Origin: Callorhinchus milii
Lineage: Eukaryota
DNA: 64,000 nucleotides
Reading direction: 5' to 3'
NCBI RefSeq assembly: GCF_018977255.1
Contig: NW_024704743.1
Span: 74,092,001 to 74,156,000 of the forward strand
This document shows, in pieces, positions 14,785 to 28,370 of this stretch. Both the position numbers and the translations under genes were made by a program. The first letter of the stretch is position 1; each line of letters starts with the position of its first letter. The notes under the pieces are model-generated. The model was not told where the DNA came from. It saw nothing but the letters and a program-made list of their open reading frames with translations, and did no database searches.

Positions 14785-15310
14785 GGCTGTTAAAAAGGCA
14801 AGCAGGATTCTAAGTTTTATTTACAAGGCCAGTGAATACCAAAGTAAGGAAGTAATGATGAATCTGTATAAGACATTAGAGTGGAGTCCTATAGCTCACT
14901 GGTTAGCGCACTCGCCTCGTAAGCGAGGGACCTGGGCAGAATGAAACGTTGGGCAAGTTTCCTTATTTCACACGCCTCTGTTTACCTCGCAGTGAGTAAG
15001 AACCCAGTTGTTAGTCAATTGGTAGATCGCTTTTCCGGGAGTCATAATTCCCTCAAAAAANTAATAATAAATTGGTCATTTCAATCCATGACTGTTTGTG
15101 GGACACTGAGGTGCACAATTTACTGCCGCGTTTCACCCCAAAAATGTACAGTCAATTCACTTTACAATATATTCTATGAAGCGCATTGAGACGTCTCAAT
15201 AGATATGAAAAGGCGCTACATCAAATGCAAGGATTCATATTAGTATTATTGCTTAGGTGAAATATTGCACACAGTTTTGGGCTTCTTTATATAAAGGATG
15301 TTAGAGTAAT
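14785..15310 (+). mobile_element. Old CR1 fragment split by a SINE
   Basis: AVKKASRILSFIYKASEYQSKEVMMNLYKTL at 14785-14880 resumes after the SINE at about 15250 (aatattgcacacagttttgggct). Confidence 0.65.
14883..15250 (+). mobile_element. tRNA-derived SINE, long subfamily
   Basis: Same head, ctctgtttacctcgcagtgagtaagaacccagttgttagtc segment, core and tail. Confidence 0.88.
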
Positions 15311-15495
15311 CGATTGTTTTTTTGGTCAGCAGGGTGTCAGACGTAAGAGTATTCAGACCAGACTGAGAGTTCCTTGCATGTCACCTAAACATGGAAATTT
15401 CTGTGTATAGAATGCAGTGCGCACTGTCTCCCCGGGGATGTACCCTGGAGGTACTTTTAGAGTATAACTAACTAAACTACATAGCTTGCCATTGA

Positions 15496-15800
15496 AAACA
15501 ACAACAAGATTACATTTCTATAGCACCTTTCACGTCGGGAGGATGTCCTAAGGCACTGGACAATGTACAGCATTTCAGTCCTGAGCTGGGGTCAGGGAGG
15601 GAGAGGGGAGGGGAAGGGGGGTGACCGATGGCCTGGCCGAAGAGGAGGGTTTTGAGGCGGACTTGAAGGAGGCTAAGGAGGGTCGAAGCGGAGTGATTGG
15701 GGGATGGAATTCCAGAGGTTGGGGGCAGAGTGGCTGAAGGCTGTCCCGCCAATGATGGGGCAGGTGAGTCGGGGGACGTGGAGCAAGCCGGAGCACTGTC
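15496..15800 (-). mobile_element. L2 3' fragment
   Basis: aacaacaacaagattacatttctatagcacc tail and the LKTLLF region. Confidence 0.78.
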
Positions 15801-18800
15801 TGACAAGCTTCCCACTGCTTGTCTAGATAAGACAATCCTATCCATGAAGCCTTTGATTTACAGGTTTAACAGGAGCTGAGTAGGAAGAATTATTGGCACC
15901 AATGATTGATCTGCTTATTTCTGTTCTGCTGATGTGCCAGGCTGGCTGATCTGCCATTCTGGGTCCCTACATTTTAATCCCTCCCTGCCTTCCAGAACAG
16001 CCTTAAGACCAATCTCTTCCTCTGCGCTTTCAGCCACCTCTGAAAATGAATTGAAGTGTTATCATCTCCTGCAATATTGCTAAACAATATTTGTGTCGTG
16101 TCCTGGGGCACTGATTTATTTTATTACCTTTGCAAAAGGTCCACAGTTTCAACATGGAGATGATTCTTGCTGACTTGCTGATTGTGCTGCCTTCATTGTG
16201 CAGTAATAACGATAATGATCTTTACATTTGGTATAGTGACTTTCACATTGGGAGGGCATCCCAAAGTGCTTCACAGATATACTGTAAAGTGCAGTTTTTT
16301 NGTGGAAGACCCAAGCAATCAATTTACGCAGAGCAGAGCAGTGTCCCACAAATAGCCATGGAAATGAATGACCAGTTTTATCTTGGGGGTTATTGTCCAG
16401 GACACAGGGAGAAACTTCCTTCACTTAAGAAGCTTGTTGTCCACCCATTATGATGTCTTCTTCATACCACCACAGCCAAAGCAAGCCAAACTGAATGTGA
16501 TTAATCATTCCTTTCAATCATGTTTGGGACTACTGCAATTTTATGAATGGAAAGTTGCTAAGTTTCTACATTCTCTTACATGTTGAATTATCTATATTTC
16601 CATCCATTCCAGTGCTGGATGGGAACAGCTTGCAAAAACATCACACATAGCACCAAATGTCTCAATTTTACACCTTCTATTGTAACAAATGGTTTATAAT
16701 TCTAACTCAGTGGCTTGCCCTGGAACAGCATGCTGAAACTCGCAAGTATGCTTGTGGTCTGTATCTGTCAAACATCATGTCTTGCCATCTACTCAACCAT
16801 GAATTAAATCAAAATATTGCTGCTAACCAGAGCTATTTAGAGTAAATGTGTCACCGATGTAGCTTGAAAAGCAGTAGAACCAGCTTTTTATTTTGTAAAA
16901 ATAATAATAATCCTTGTATTTCAAATAGCACCTTTCACATCAAGACATCTCAAAGGGCTTCACAGGATATATTGTAAAGTTGAGGGTGATTGCAGAATAT
17001 GATTGGAAGGGCTTTCTTGTTGAAATATTTAGGTTCACTTTAATAAATGGTTTGCTCGCCTATGATTTTTCATCTCAAAAGAACCCTGCTGTTTTTGTAA
17101 ATCTAATTCATTGTTACTGACGTAATGTTTACACCGGAACTTTCTCAGTCATGGTTCACTCAATGATATACCCTGTCATTAACCTTAGTTGTGGGGCACT
17201 AAAAGACTTATTTGAGGAGGAATTGTGTTTCCTTTGATGTTCCTCCATTCTGCTCTGCCCTGCACACTCCCACATTCTGCAAGACTAGTCTGCAGATGGT
17301 AAGAAAAACTTTCCTCGGGTTACTGATGTAATACACTAGAATTAGGTAATTGAGTTCACTGAAGATGTGCAGTTTTTAAAATTATTTAGCTAGGCAGTGT
17401 AAATTCATATCAATTCTGTTCACCTTCACAGCAGATAGATACGCTCTGTCTCTAATGTTTAACAAAGTGTGTGTGCGTGCATGTGCGAGAGATTTTTTGG
17501 GGTCAGGCGGGTGTCTGACACGTGCAGAAATCCATCATCATTCTTAAGAATATCCAAGCCGAACAGAGTTCCATGCATTCCACATATACATATTCCCAAG
17601 ATATTTATTGACAGAGAGAGAGAGAGAGCGAAAGAGGCAAGGAGAGGAGGTGTCCAAGAACATGGTCGCACTTGCAACTGAACAGCAAGTGTTTTCTTTT
17701 GCAGTTGAGCTCAAACTGAGGTTCGGTTACATCTGTCCACAGAGCACAGGCCCCTTTAATTCCCCAGCAAATGTATGAATGTGGGTGGAGTACTGAATGT
17801 ATGATCTCAGGACATGAACATTTATTTTTTTGGGTAGCTTAGTAACAAGAAAACAATCTGGTAACATAAACCCTGAACAAAGCTATTGTAATTTCCCTTG
17901 TGCTAAAAAGAGTATTATTGGAAAGGAAATGTATTCAAAGAATGATTTTACAAAGTCCACTGAAAAGGAAACTGTTTTAGGAATTAACTGAGCTGTCAAG
18001 GAAATCACTTGCATTAGGAGATCAATAGTTCAGCCAAAGACAATGCCAATATTCACAGTTAATTGTGCTGCATCTTTAAGCTAACATTTTGAAATAAATA
18101 ATAATCCGTGCATTTGATATAGCACCTTTCACATCCACAGAACATCTCAAACGGCTTGACAGGCTATAGTGTAAAATGAGAGCGTGTGTATATTGCAAAT
18201 GATGCAATGACCAAACCCACACCTAAGCAAATTTATCTTCGACAAATGTATTCTGTTCTACAGTAAGACTGAGTATTGTGTTTTATCGTAAAATGTGTGC
18301 TATTAACTGCTGGTAGAAGCTTATAATGCCCTTTGTAAATCTGCTGAATGACGTTTAAGGGCTGATTTTGAGCAAATGGCCATACTGGTTCAGAAGTGAG
18401 CTTGGAAGAAAGCCTAGCACATGGGTTTTTACAGCTTGTCTTGCTGACAGAATGTGGCCAACAGGCATAAAACCTCTTGCCTGGGAAGAACTCAAGGATT
18501 TGCATGATGATGATCTAATGATGTAACTATATTTGACTTGGTACTGAACTATAAACATAAAGCAAATCAAAGATGACAAAGCTTAGTGCTATGTTGTTTG
18601 ATAAACTGATGCTCTGGAGCATATACAGTGCTGAGCTCATGTGCCCCCTAGTGACCAATGAGAGACATGCACAGAACAGCATTTCTAAACTATTTGAGAT
18701 GTTATTAGGGATATTTTGGATGTACAGTATGGTAATAAGTAAAATTATTTGTTAACTTATATGCTTCAGGAACAAAACTGATGAATGTGTTTTGAAGAGA

Positions 18801-19039
18801 ATTAAATCCTCCCAACTGTGAGACATTAGGTTTCATGAAATTGGATATAGAAGTGCTAGAAAGCTGATGATTCCAGATCTTGGGGATTGAGAAGAAAGTG
18901 TCTTAATTCCCTGATGTATATTTTTCAGTTCCAATCATGTGAATGATTTTCCTTCTGCCCAATTAAATTGCAATATTTGTGGTGGGTTTATAACATCAAT
19001 GTGTCCAGTGCTGCTAAGATTAAATCGTTTGTATTTGCA

Positions 19040-19650
19040 CTGGCCTGCTTCATGTCCCCCGCTCTACCTGCCCCCCAATTGGTGGTCAGGCTTTCAGCCT
19101 TTCTGCCCCAATCAATGGAACTCCATCCCAGATTCCATCCAACTTGCATCTTCCTCACCTCGTTCAAGGTCCAGCTCAAGATCTATCTGTTTGACCGTGC
19201 CTTTGGTTATCTTTCTCCTCACAACCCCCGTGGCTACCATCTTAGCTTGAGTGCAAAACCAGGAATGTCGACCACCTTGAGTCATCCTCCTGGCATGAGG
19301 TGCTATAGAAATGAAAATTTACATAACAGCAACAAATTACATTTGTATAGTGTCTTTCACATCTAGAGGATATCCCAAAGCGCTGGGTAGTCAGATTTGG
19401 ACCCGAGTAGGGGGTTGGGATTAGGAGGAGTAGAGGGCAGGGAGGGTAGGTGTAGGTGGGTGACCGAAGGCATGGTTGAAGAGGAGGGTCTTGAGATGGG
19501 TCTGGAAGGAGGCAAGGGAGGGAGCAAGGGAAAGGGATTGTGGGCTGAAGTTTCAAAGGGTGGGAGCAGAGAAGCTGAAAGCCCACTGCCAAAGTGAAGC
19601 GGGCCGGGCGGGGAGGAATGTTGAGCAGGCCAGAGCCTGCTGAGAGGAGG
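19040..19650. mobile_element. Two L2 3' fragments tail-to-tail (+ 19040-19320, - 19325-19650)
   Basis: FKVQLKIYLFDRAF on +, followed immediately by a reverse-complement tail and body. Confidence 0.75.
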
Positions 19651-19768
19651 ACGTGGATAGGTCAAAATGGAATGCATTGCAAGTAAAGTATATGCAAGTG
19701 AATAAGCATATTTTAAAAATATATGCAATTGATTGGGTTAAAAGTTACTTGGATTTCTTCCCCGTCAG

Positions 19769-19885
19769 GTGCTTGGCTGAAGAGCGTACTGGGCCTTGTA
19801 CAAAAAGAAGGAGACCAGCTGACCTGGACGTACATCGCTCCTCACTTGGGTTACTGGGCTGCAGCCATGTCTCCTCAAAGCCCAG
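19769..19885 (+). CDS. FAM171A1: FAM171A1 internal coding exon (third from last)
   Basis: Acceptor ttcttccccgtcAG and donor GTaaac; 117 nt, phase 1/1. Translates (G)[38 protein letters not shown], matching the recalled FAM171 motif [17 protein letters not shown]. Confidence 0.93.
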
Positions 19886-20120
19886 GTAAACTATTCAGCA
19901 GATAGTGGTGATGTCTGAAGGTTACTGCAAGATGGTGAGACTTGATCAGAAATGTACTGAGCCACTCACATTTATATTGAAGATGAAGAAACCTAATCCT
20001 GATAATGTGTATAACCTTGTATGATCTCAGTTATTTTAAATGCTGAATGTATTCAGAATTTGATTTATTGATATTTTACACAGTAGAAAAGGGAATGCTA
20101 TCTCCTTGAAGTTACTTTAG

Positions 20121-20300
<180 letters not shown>

Positions 20301-21908
20301 TAACTCTTCAATGAAAAATGTTCCTTTCAGAGGTAAAGCAGAGCTCCTCAAAATACAGTGTATGCCACTTCCAGGGTGTGAGATCTTTATCCAGTTCAAA
20401 CACTTCCAGTAGGGTTTGTGCTATTGTCTTGTTCCTTTGCCTGTCACTATAAATTGTCTATCAGTTATGAATAATTTATTTAAAAGTTTGGACAATTCAT
20501 TTGCAATCAGAGCTCTATGAAGCTTGAAAATTAATTTTATTAATGTAATTAATTTAATTTAATCATAAATTTTCTCCAAATTAATTTTAAAAGTTGTATT
20601 TGCCCAATGTCCAATTTGTCCATTCTTTAGTGGGAAATGCTATAAGGCGAGGTGGGGAGATTTGAACAACAAAATCTATTCTTGTTGAAGAAAACTTTTT
20701 TTAATATTAGTAAAGCCAAGTGAGCTCTTGAGATTTTCTTTATTTCCATTAAATTAATACTTATAAAGGATATACAGACAGAAAAGTATTACTCTATGTT
20801 TTTAGTATTAATTAGAAATTTCTGTTCTGGGCACATTTTCCCATTGAATCAATGCTAAGACACCAAAATAACTTTTTTATTGGCGTTAATCCTTTGTGTC
20901 CCTCTCCCGAAGGAGAGAAAAGTTTGGAAATGAATCCACTCTGGCGGCTGGAATATAAATAGGCTTTTACTGCAGCTTATTACAAACTAGCCTTTAAACT
21001 TTTTTAAAAAACAGTTTGAGAATACAAGTTCTTGAGATTTATAATGTTATCAAAGAGCTGATTGCACTCCCTGCCTTTCATAACATTAAAACTTAACGTT
21101 AAAACTGCTCAGCAGTAGTGGAGCTCCTTACATGAATTTAGTTACCAAAGTGCTGAGCTTTCCTCAGTGTCAGTGTTATAAATCTGCTTCCCCACTTTCA
21201 ATGCCAGATCTCATAGCGCATTTCTTCCATGTCACTATTATACCATGAAAGCAAATGCCATTCCAAGTAGAAATCCAGATTTATACCATGTGTACTGGTA
21301 ACTCCCTGGAGCTGAGGAGAGCCATTGCTTCCATAGTATAAAAAGTACCATTAAAATGTACTTGTGATCCTGGAAAGCTCTGAAGAAAATCTTTGGAGGT
21401 TTTCAGTAACTTCTCCTGTCAGCAAGATTTTTATGATCATTGGCTTTCTTTACTGACAATACATCAATTTTCCACTCTTAGTCTTGCTTGTAAAGGAGAA
21501 GAGGGCTCAAATCCATCTATTTCAAGCTTAAATTAGTTCAAATACACTTTTGAAATGACGGGTAGATTTTTATTTAAAGTTTTGACTTGAATTTACATTG
21601 GGGCAAAAATGCTGTACTCACCGCATGGATTGGCTAAAGAATGATTCCTGATGGCATCCGACTTATGGGAAGGAACTCCATCCACTCTGGTGGTAGAATG
21701 CATGGGAGCAGAAACCCAATGGGTCGGTGTCCAGTCTTTTTGGTTACTGCTCAGAGTTGCTATTTGTGACTCGAGGGTTGTTATTAAGTGAATCCAAGTA
21801 GTGAATACCACATTTTCAGCACCACTGTCCATCAATTGTTATCTTTTCTTAAGTGACGTTATTGCATCCACGACAAACTGAATGCTTCTGTACCCCTCAA
21901 CCCCACAG

Positions 21909-23457
21909 GAGGAAGTGTTTGAAACCTCGTCAACACCATAGGAAAATTCAGCTGTCTTCTGCACTGGACAGTTCCAAGAAGGACCAAGCAACTTCAATGT
22001 CTCACATCAACTTGATCAGTGCAGTCCATATGGAACTGGTCTCCTCAGGTGGGGAAGCAGATGTGCATACGCCAATGCTGAAACCTTCCTACAGCACATC
22101 CCGAGAATTCAGTTCTCGAGAAGAGTTAATTTCACACAAAGTCCCTGTTCTGAGGGACGCACTAAACGAAGATTATCTGGGATCCTCGGGAACCTTTCCC
22201 CTCAAGGTGGCCAGGTCCATTAATATTTCGGAGGATTTTGAATCTCCTATGCGAGAGAGGAGTTACAATTCAGTGGCGTCTCAGCCGTTACTGGAAAAAA
22301 GGGATAAGGAAGTTCAAGCTTCAGGAAGCTTTTTTCCCATTGACAATAAAGGTTGTATCCGAGAGCCAACTTATCAATTGTCGTGTGTTCCTGACAAAGC
22401 ACAACAAATGGACCGAAAAGCAGTCGATTACAAGATGTCCCGGTCAGTTGACCACCTCGAACGACCAACATCGTTTCCTCAGCCAGGCCAGTTGATCTGT
22501 TGCAGTTCAGTAGATGAAGTGAATGACAATGTTTATAGGAAAGTGCTACCCACCTTGGTCATTCCTGCCCATTACATGAAGTTGCCAACGGAATACCCTT
22601 CTGCAGGGCAACTTTTGACCAGCCCAGCGGAGCAAGAGCTTGAGTTGGAACGGCTACAGACAGAGCTTTCTGTCCCTCAATTGGCGATGCCACAAAACTT
22701 GTCCCAACAGCAACTAGAGGAAGGAGAAGGCAAAGACTGGAGTCCCCAGTCATCCTCCATGTCAGAATCGGTATCTATTCCAGCGTCACTAAGTGAGGCT
22801 GCGGTGGCTCAGATGAATGGCGAAGTGCAACTCCTTACAGAAAAGGCTCTACTGGAACTCGCTGGAGGAAAGCCTCTTCCTCACCCGAGAGCCTGGTTTG
22901 TTTCACTGGATGGCCGTGCAAACGCCCAGGTTAGACATTCTTACATTGACCTGCAGAAAGCTGGAAAAAATGGGAGCAATGATGCCAGCTTAGATTCTGG
23001 TGTCGACATGAATGAATCCAAACCTAGTCGAAAGGGAAAAGAGGCCAGAGAGCGAAATCTTTCAGGGAGCATGACCTACACAAGGCTGGTCTATGTGGAT
23101 GATATGGAGCAGAGTGGGAGTGAAAGTGGGACAGCTGTCTGCAGCCCAGAGGATATCTCAATAAAACCTCTGTTGGATGAGTTGGCCAAAAGAAATAGTG
23201 GCATGACAGAGGGCATTGAGAATGAAAACCTGCAGAGAATTGAAGAAATCGAGGCACCACTTCCAACAAGTCCAAGCTATGACAAACATGTGGACACTGA
23301 GGAGCAGATGCTGAATAATGAGAATGATCGGATTAATGACAATGATCAGATAAATGAGAATGACGACAATGATAGTTCGGAGGACCAAGGAGAGGATAAA
23401 AAAAGCCCTTGGCAGAAAAGGGAAGAAAGACCCTTAATTGCTTTTAATTTGAAATGA
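21909..23457 (+). CDS. FAM171A1: FAM171A1 large terminal coding exon (cytoplasmic tail)
   Basis: Acceptor ccccacAG at 21907-21908. Reads RKCLKPRQHHRK...KDQATSMSHINLI...GKPLPHPRAWFVSLDGR...SLDSGVDMNE...KKSPWQKREERPLIAFNLK, stop TGA at 23455-23457. Confidence 0.96.
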
Positions 23458-24870
23458 GCATTTCTCGGCTTACTCCCACTGGAGTACAAAAAAAGTTGCC
23501 AAATATTCTTTACAAAAGTGCTTGCCCGGTTGAGAGAGCTGATCTACCCTCGGAAGAAGAAAACGCATGACCGTTTTCGAAAACTGCAGTATGAATGAAA
23601 TACTGGTCTTTCGAACACAATGGAACACATTCAATAGGCTTTCAAAGCAATTGTTTAAGTGAAAGCCTATGGGACAACCAGATGATTATAGAAAGACATA
23701 AATGTCTTTAAATTTATTTTTTGGCATAAATTGCCTATTGTGTGAAATAATGAATTCCATGCCAGGTATTTTACCCAAACATCCCTGTAGTGGTAACAGT
23801 TGATGAACCTGTATTGATTTCTACTTATTTGTTAGAATTATACTGTAATAGTGTATTAAAAGGACACACTTAGATGCTGTGCCCACAGGTATAGAATAAT
23901 TGAAAAAAAAAGGCTATGCATTGCTGCTTTGTAGAATTATGTTGCTTGGATGTCTTTTTAAATCATTCGTCGCGTCCACTATTTGGTGTAAACTATTTTC
24001 TTTAAAGTCCTTTATCCTATTAGATTTATGTTGAATGTTCTAGCATCTTGCTTACCAGTATGCTGTGAACGACAACTCTCAGTGATGACAAAAGCCTTTG
24101 ATTTAAACCAAACTGCCCTAAAAAAATCTGGTCCAGTATTCTCCAAGTGCCTTCATAGTTTCCATTTCCATTACGCAAATCCTGTTTCAACAGTTCTCAA
24201 CTCTTGAAATTCTGCTTTTCATAATTGTCAGTTTTTTGACAGTTTATTGATTTGCATGCAACAGTTGTGCTTTTTTTGTCACTTTTAAAAATGCAACTGT
24301 ATCTTGTAGCCTAGCAGTGTGTATTGTATTACTGTTTTTTGCTGTTGAACTACAGGTAGACTAGAGGACTTTTATGAAGAGGTTAAAAAAGTAGCCGTGA
24401 ATGGAGGTCCTGTATGTATTGTATGTTTGGATGCAGTCAAGCATTTTAATTGCTAGCATTATCCATGTCCAGTTATGGAGCTATGAGTGGTCAAGAATGA
24501 GTGATTAATATGGGTCTCAGCCAACACTTTATCCTTCTGTAACACCTCATAGTGCCAGGATTCCTTTTCTGTGCAATCTTTTGGATTGGTTGCTTGTTTC
24601 TCTAAGGCTAATTATTCAAAATAAATCTATAGATAAAACCTGAACGTCCTTGTATTTATTCTGAAAAGGCTCCCAATCAGTCCCTTGTTTTTAGACCTAT
24701 ATTTATAGCGTTTCTTTGAATGAATAGAAATTTTCAAAGTGGATTTGGGCAATATTTTTGTTCTTGGGAATCACGTTAAAATGTTGAATTTTGTTGGACA
24801 TTTTCTTTACTCAGCTGACCACATTAGTTTTTTTTAAGTTTGTAATAAACCTACATCTGGAATAATTTGA
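23458..24870 (+). other. FAM171A1: Probable FAM171A1 3'UTR with candidate polyA signal
   Basis: Repeat-poor, U-rich stretch after the stop codon. AATAAA at 24844-24849, with an alternative at 24964-24969. The 3' end is inferred. Confidence 0.55.
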
Positions 24871-25559
24871 TCTCCTTCATTGTCTGACTGATGTTAAACA
24901 CTGTGACTCTTGGGCTGTGTGAATAACAGAACTTAAAATAACTTAAACGATCTGTGGTATAGTAATAAAAGCTTACTTTCTCCCAACACTTTGTATAAAA
25001 AAAACTTTTACCTTACACTGTTAATAACATATTACATTTATAATATGTGGGTGGTCTCGTAACTAGAACCATATTATCTACAGGAATAACCTTGGTGCAT
25101 TCTGTGAGTGCTTCATAGGTAAATGTATAAAGTATAGCAACTGTATATTTGTAGATGTACTCAGTGGCCAATTTGTACAGGGCAATATCCCACAAATACT
25201 AGTAAGGCAAATGACCTTTCGATTTGGAGGATTGTTGACACCCTTCACTTTACAATGCTAAGCTTCATCTGCCATTGTTTCTGCCCCCTCGACTAGTCTG
25301 TCTGCATCTATGCCATTTTTGATCAGAGAGATGTCCCAATGTCCTGGCCAACAATCCTGCAGATAATTTGACCTTTCAGTTAATGGCATTACTGTGCACA
25401 ACATGACTGCAACATTTGCTGACAAAAACTGAAGTATTTGCTTACCATACTTGTAGTATTTAAGGGGTGATCTGAGAAAATAGGTGATAGCTAAGATTTG
25501 ACCTTTGTAAATCAACGCTCAGGTCAGCAACAGGAACTGAGCCCAAGAGTTGAGATGCA

Positions 25560-26215
25560 AAATACAAAATTACATTTGTATAGCACCTTTCACTTCAGGA
25601 GGACTTCCCAAGGCACTGAACGGTCAAGGATTTAGACCAAAGCAGGGGGATTGGGATCAGGGAGGGTAGGAGGGTGGCTTGGTCGAAGAGGAGAGTTTTG
25701 AAACGCACCTTTAAGGAGGTAAGCGAGGGAGCAAGGCAAAGGGAATGTGGAATGAAGTTCCATAAGGTGGGGTCAGAGAGTCTGAAAGCCCGACCCCCGA
25801 TGGTGAGACGGGCCAGCGGAGTCTACTGAGCGCTCTGAGACACCGGCGTGGAGGACGCTATGTAAATCCAAGTTGTTGTTGTTGTACTGAGCAGCGGGAG
25901 CAGACAGGTTGATATGGGGTTAGCAGGTCACAGAGGTAGGAAGGAGCAAGGCCATGAGGGCCTTGAAGGTGAGGACTTTGAGGATTTTGAACTCTATCCT
26001 CTGGGGGATGGGAAGCCAATGGAGCCGGGCAAGGGTGGGGGTGGTAGAGTCACTGAGCCTGGTGCGGGAGAGGGCACGAACTGCAGAGTTCTGGATGATC
26101 TGTAGCTTGTGAACGACAGAGTTGGGAAGGCCGTCAAGCAGGGAGTTGGCCTAGTCGAGCCTAGATGTGATGAATGCGTGGATAAGGGTTTTGGTGGCTG
26201 AGGGCTGGTGCAGTA
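25560..26215 (-). mobile_element. L2 3' fragment
   Basis: Reverse complement of the cagatcatccagaactctgcag segment and of the tail seen in other L2 copies. Confidence 0.8.
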
Positions 26216-27281
26216 TGCAGGAACAATACAAAGGATTGGAAGGAGAGTTTGAGGGACAGTTGTGAGTAAGAAAAAACACAGCATCGTGTTTACAACAAAA
26301 TGTAGTGTTTGGCTAAATGGTCATTGAAATTGTCATTTTGTCTGTGATTCAGGAGAGACTATACTGTGAGCACCTGAAGGCACTCTCATCTCTGGGTCAA
26401 AAGTTGTGGCTTCTGCATATCAGAACTTGAGGACATAGTATACACTGACATTCCAGTTAATTATTGGTAGGATCTTCTTTTGGATGAGATGTAAAATCAA
26501 GGTCCATTTCCCTGTTCAGATGGTATGTTAAAGATCCCATTACACTATTTGAAAAGAGAAGGGAGTTTGTCCCAGTTTACTGGGCAACACTCCTAATTTG
26601 TTAATAATAATAATCCTTGTATTTGATATAACAGCTCCTCATCTGGGTCAGAGGTTAGAGGCAATCTCATCAGAAGAGGGAAAACACTGGCACATGGATC
26701 AGCAACGTTTAATGATTTATCAGCAGCTTGAAATACATTGCCGCCTGCAATGAGGTTGAAATATTTCAAGACGGAGACAAAACAAACCATTATATAACCC
26801 AGCTTTGATGGTGGTGTTGTAACCTTTATTGAATTAATGCTGAAAGCAGCGTAAACTCTTTGAAAAAGGATTTCAAGAGTATTAAGCAAATTAGACTGGC
26901 TTTACTGAGGTTTAAGTAGACGTTTGATAGACAGGGGACAATGCTTTATTGATCGTGCTCATCACTCCTAAGGCAATCGATCAGTCCTGTAAAATTCTCA
27001 TCTATTTGCAGTGGGTCTTTTTGTCCAGGTTCTTGTATTTGATGTTATAAGGAGTTTTACTTAAGCAGAGGACAGCCTCCCAGTCACATTCATAGACATT
27101 TTGAGGTCATTGGCAGCTGAGAGAAGAAAAAATGAACAATGAGGAAACTATCCTGTCCCTCAATTAATCTTTTGGAAAATGACATTGGTGAGGATGGGTA
27201 GAAATCTTGTTTCATTACAGATGATAGAAAGAGCCTTGGCAGCAACGGCATTCTGATATGCTTTGCTTTCACAGTTCAACA

Positions 27282-28370
27282 TGAGTGACAGAATGCAGAA
27301 GGTGGTGGTTAATGGGTGTTTCTCGCAATGGAAGGAGGTGTGCAGCGGTGTCCCCCAGGGATCGGTATTGGGACCACTGCTCTTTCTAATATATATTAAT
27401 GATCTGGACTTGGGCATAGGGAGCACTATTTCCAAGTTTGCAGATGATACCAAGTTAGGTAGGGAAGTAAATAGTGAAGAAGATTGTGACGGACTGCAGG
27501 CAGACATACACAGAATGGTGGAATGGGCTGACATGTGGCAGATGGATTTCAATGTGGATAAGTATGAGGTGATACACTTAGGTAGGAAAAATGATAGGAG
27601 GCAATATAGTCTTGGTAGCTCAATCTTAAGGGGGCTGAACGTACAGAGAGATCTGGGTGTTCAAGTAAGTGAATCATTAAAGGTAGCGGGGCAGGTAGAT
27701 AAGGCAGTAAAAAAGGCATTTGGTGTACTGAGCTTTATTAGTAGGGGCATAAAGTATAAGAGTAGGGAGGTTATGCTTAATCTGTACAAAACACTGGTTA
27801 GGCCTCAGCTGGAGTACTGGGTCCAGTTCTGGGCACCTTACCTCAGGAAGGATATTAAGGCACTGGAAAGGGTGCAGAGGAGATTCACAAGAATGATACC
27901 AGGAATGGCGAACCTTAGCTATGAGGACAGGCTGGAGAAGTTAGGACTTTTCCCATTAGAGCAGAGAAGGTTACGCGGGTCCTGATAGAGGTCTTCTGGA
28001 TCATGAAAGTTTTCGACAGGCTAGATAGGGAAAAGCTGTTTCCACTGGTAGGTGTGTCTGTGACTCGTGGTCACAGTCTTAAGATATCTACCAAAAGAAG
28101 CAGGAGGGGAGTTAAGAAGAAATTTTTTTACTCAGTGAGTTGTTAGAATTTGGAATGATCTGCCTGAAAGGGTTGTAAAGTCCGATTCAATAACAGCTTT
28201 TAAGAGGGAACTGGATACGTATCTGGAGAAGACAGGTTTACAGGGGTATGGGGAGAAAGCTGGTGAGTGGGGTTAATAAAAGTCGATTGCTCTGTCAAAG
28301 AGCCGGCACAGACTCGATGGGCCGAATGGCCTCCTTCTGTGCCGTAACATTCTATGATATGATTCTATGA
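27282..28370 (+). mobile_element. CR1-clade LINE, 5'-truncated 3' 1.1 kb, relatively young
   Basis: ORF with SGVPQGSVLGPLLFLIYINDL, SKFADDTKLG and LYKTLVRPQLEY. The 3'UTR stem GGGCCGAATGGCCTCC is followed by an (ATTCTATG)-type tail. Confidence 0.93.

Noticed and set aside
1..19768. Further upstream FAM171A1 exons
   Set aside because: I found no segment translating to the expected upstream FAM171A1 sequence. The acceptor-like site at 4082 runs into a stop. The region is treated as probable intron, though a missed exon cannot be excluded.
20870..21110. Possible conserved non-coding enhancer (similar impression at 44400-44640)
   Set aside because: Repeat-free, motif-rich appearance is not evidence. 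A cross-species alignment is needed.
21853..21908. N-terminal 19 codons of the 534-aa ORF as a single-exon gene start
   Set aside because: This is intronic read-through. Homology begins at the AG acceptor at 21908 and the phase matches the upstream TM exon.
27263..27985. Intact or domesticated reverse transcriptase gene
   Set aside because: It is a 5'-truncated CR1 ORF2 piece with a premature stop at 27985 and a normal LINE tail.
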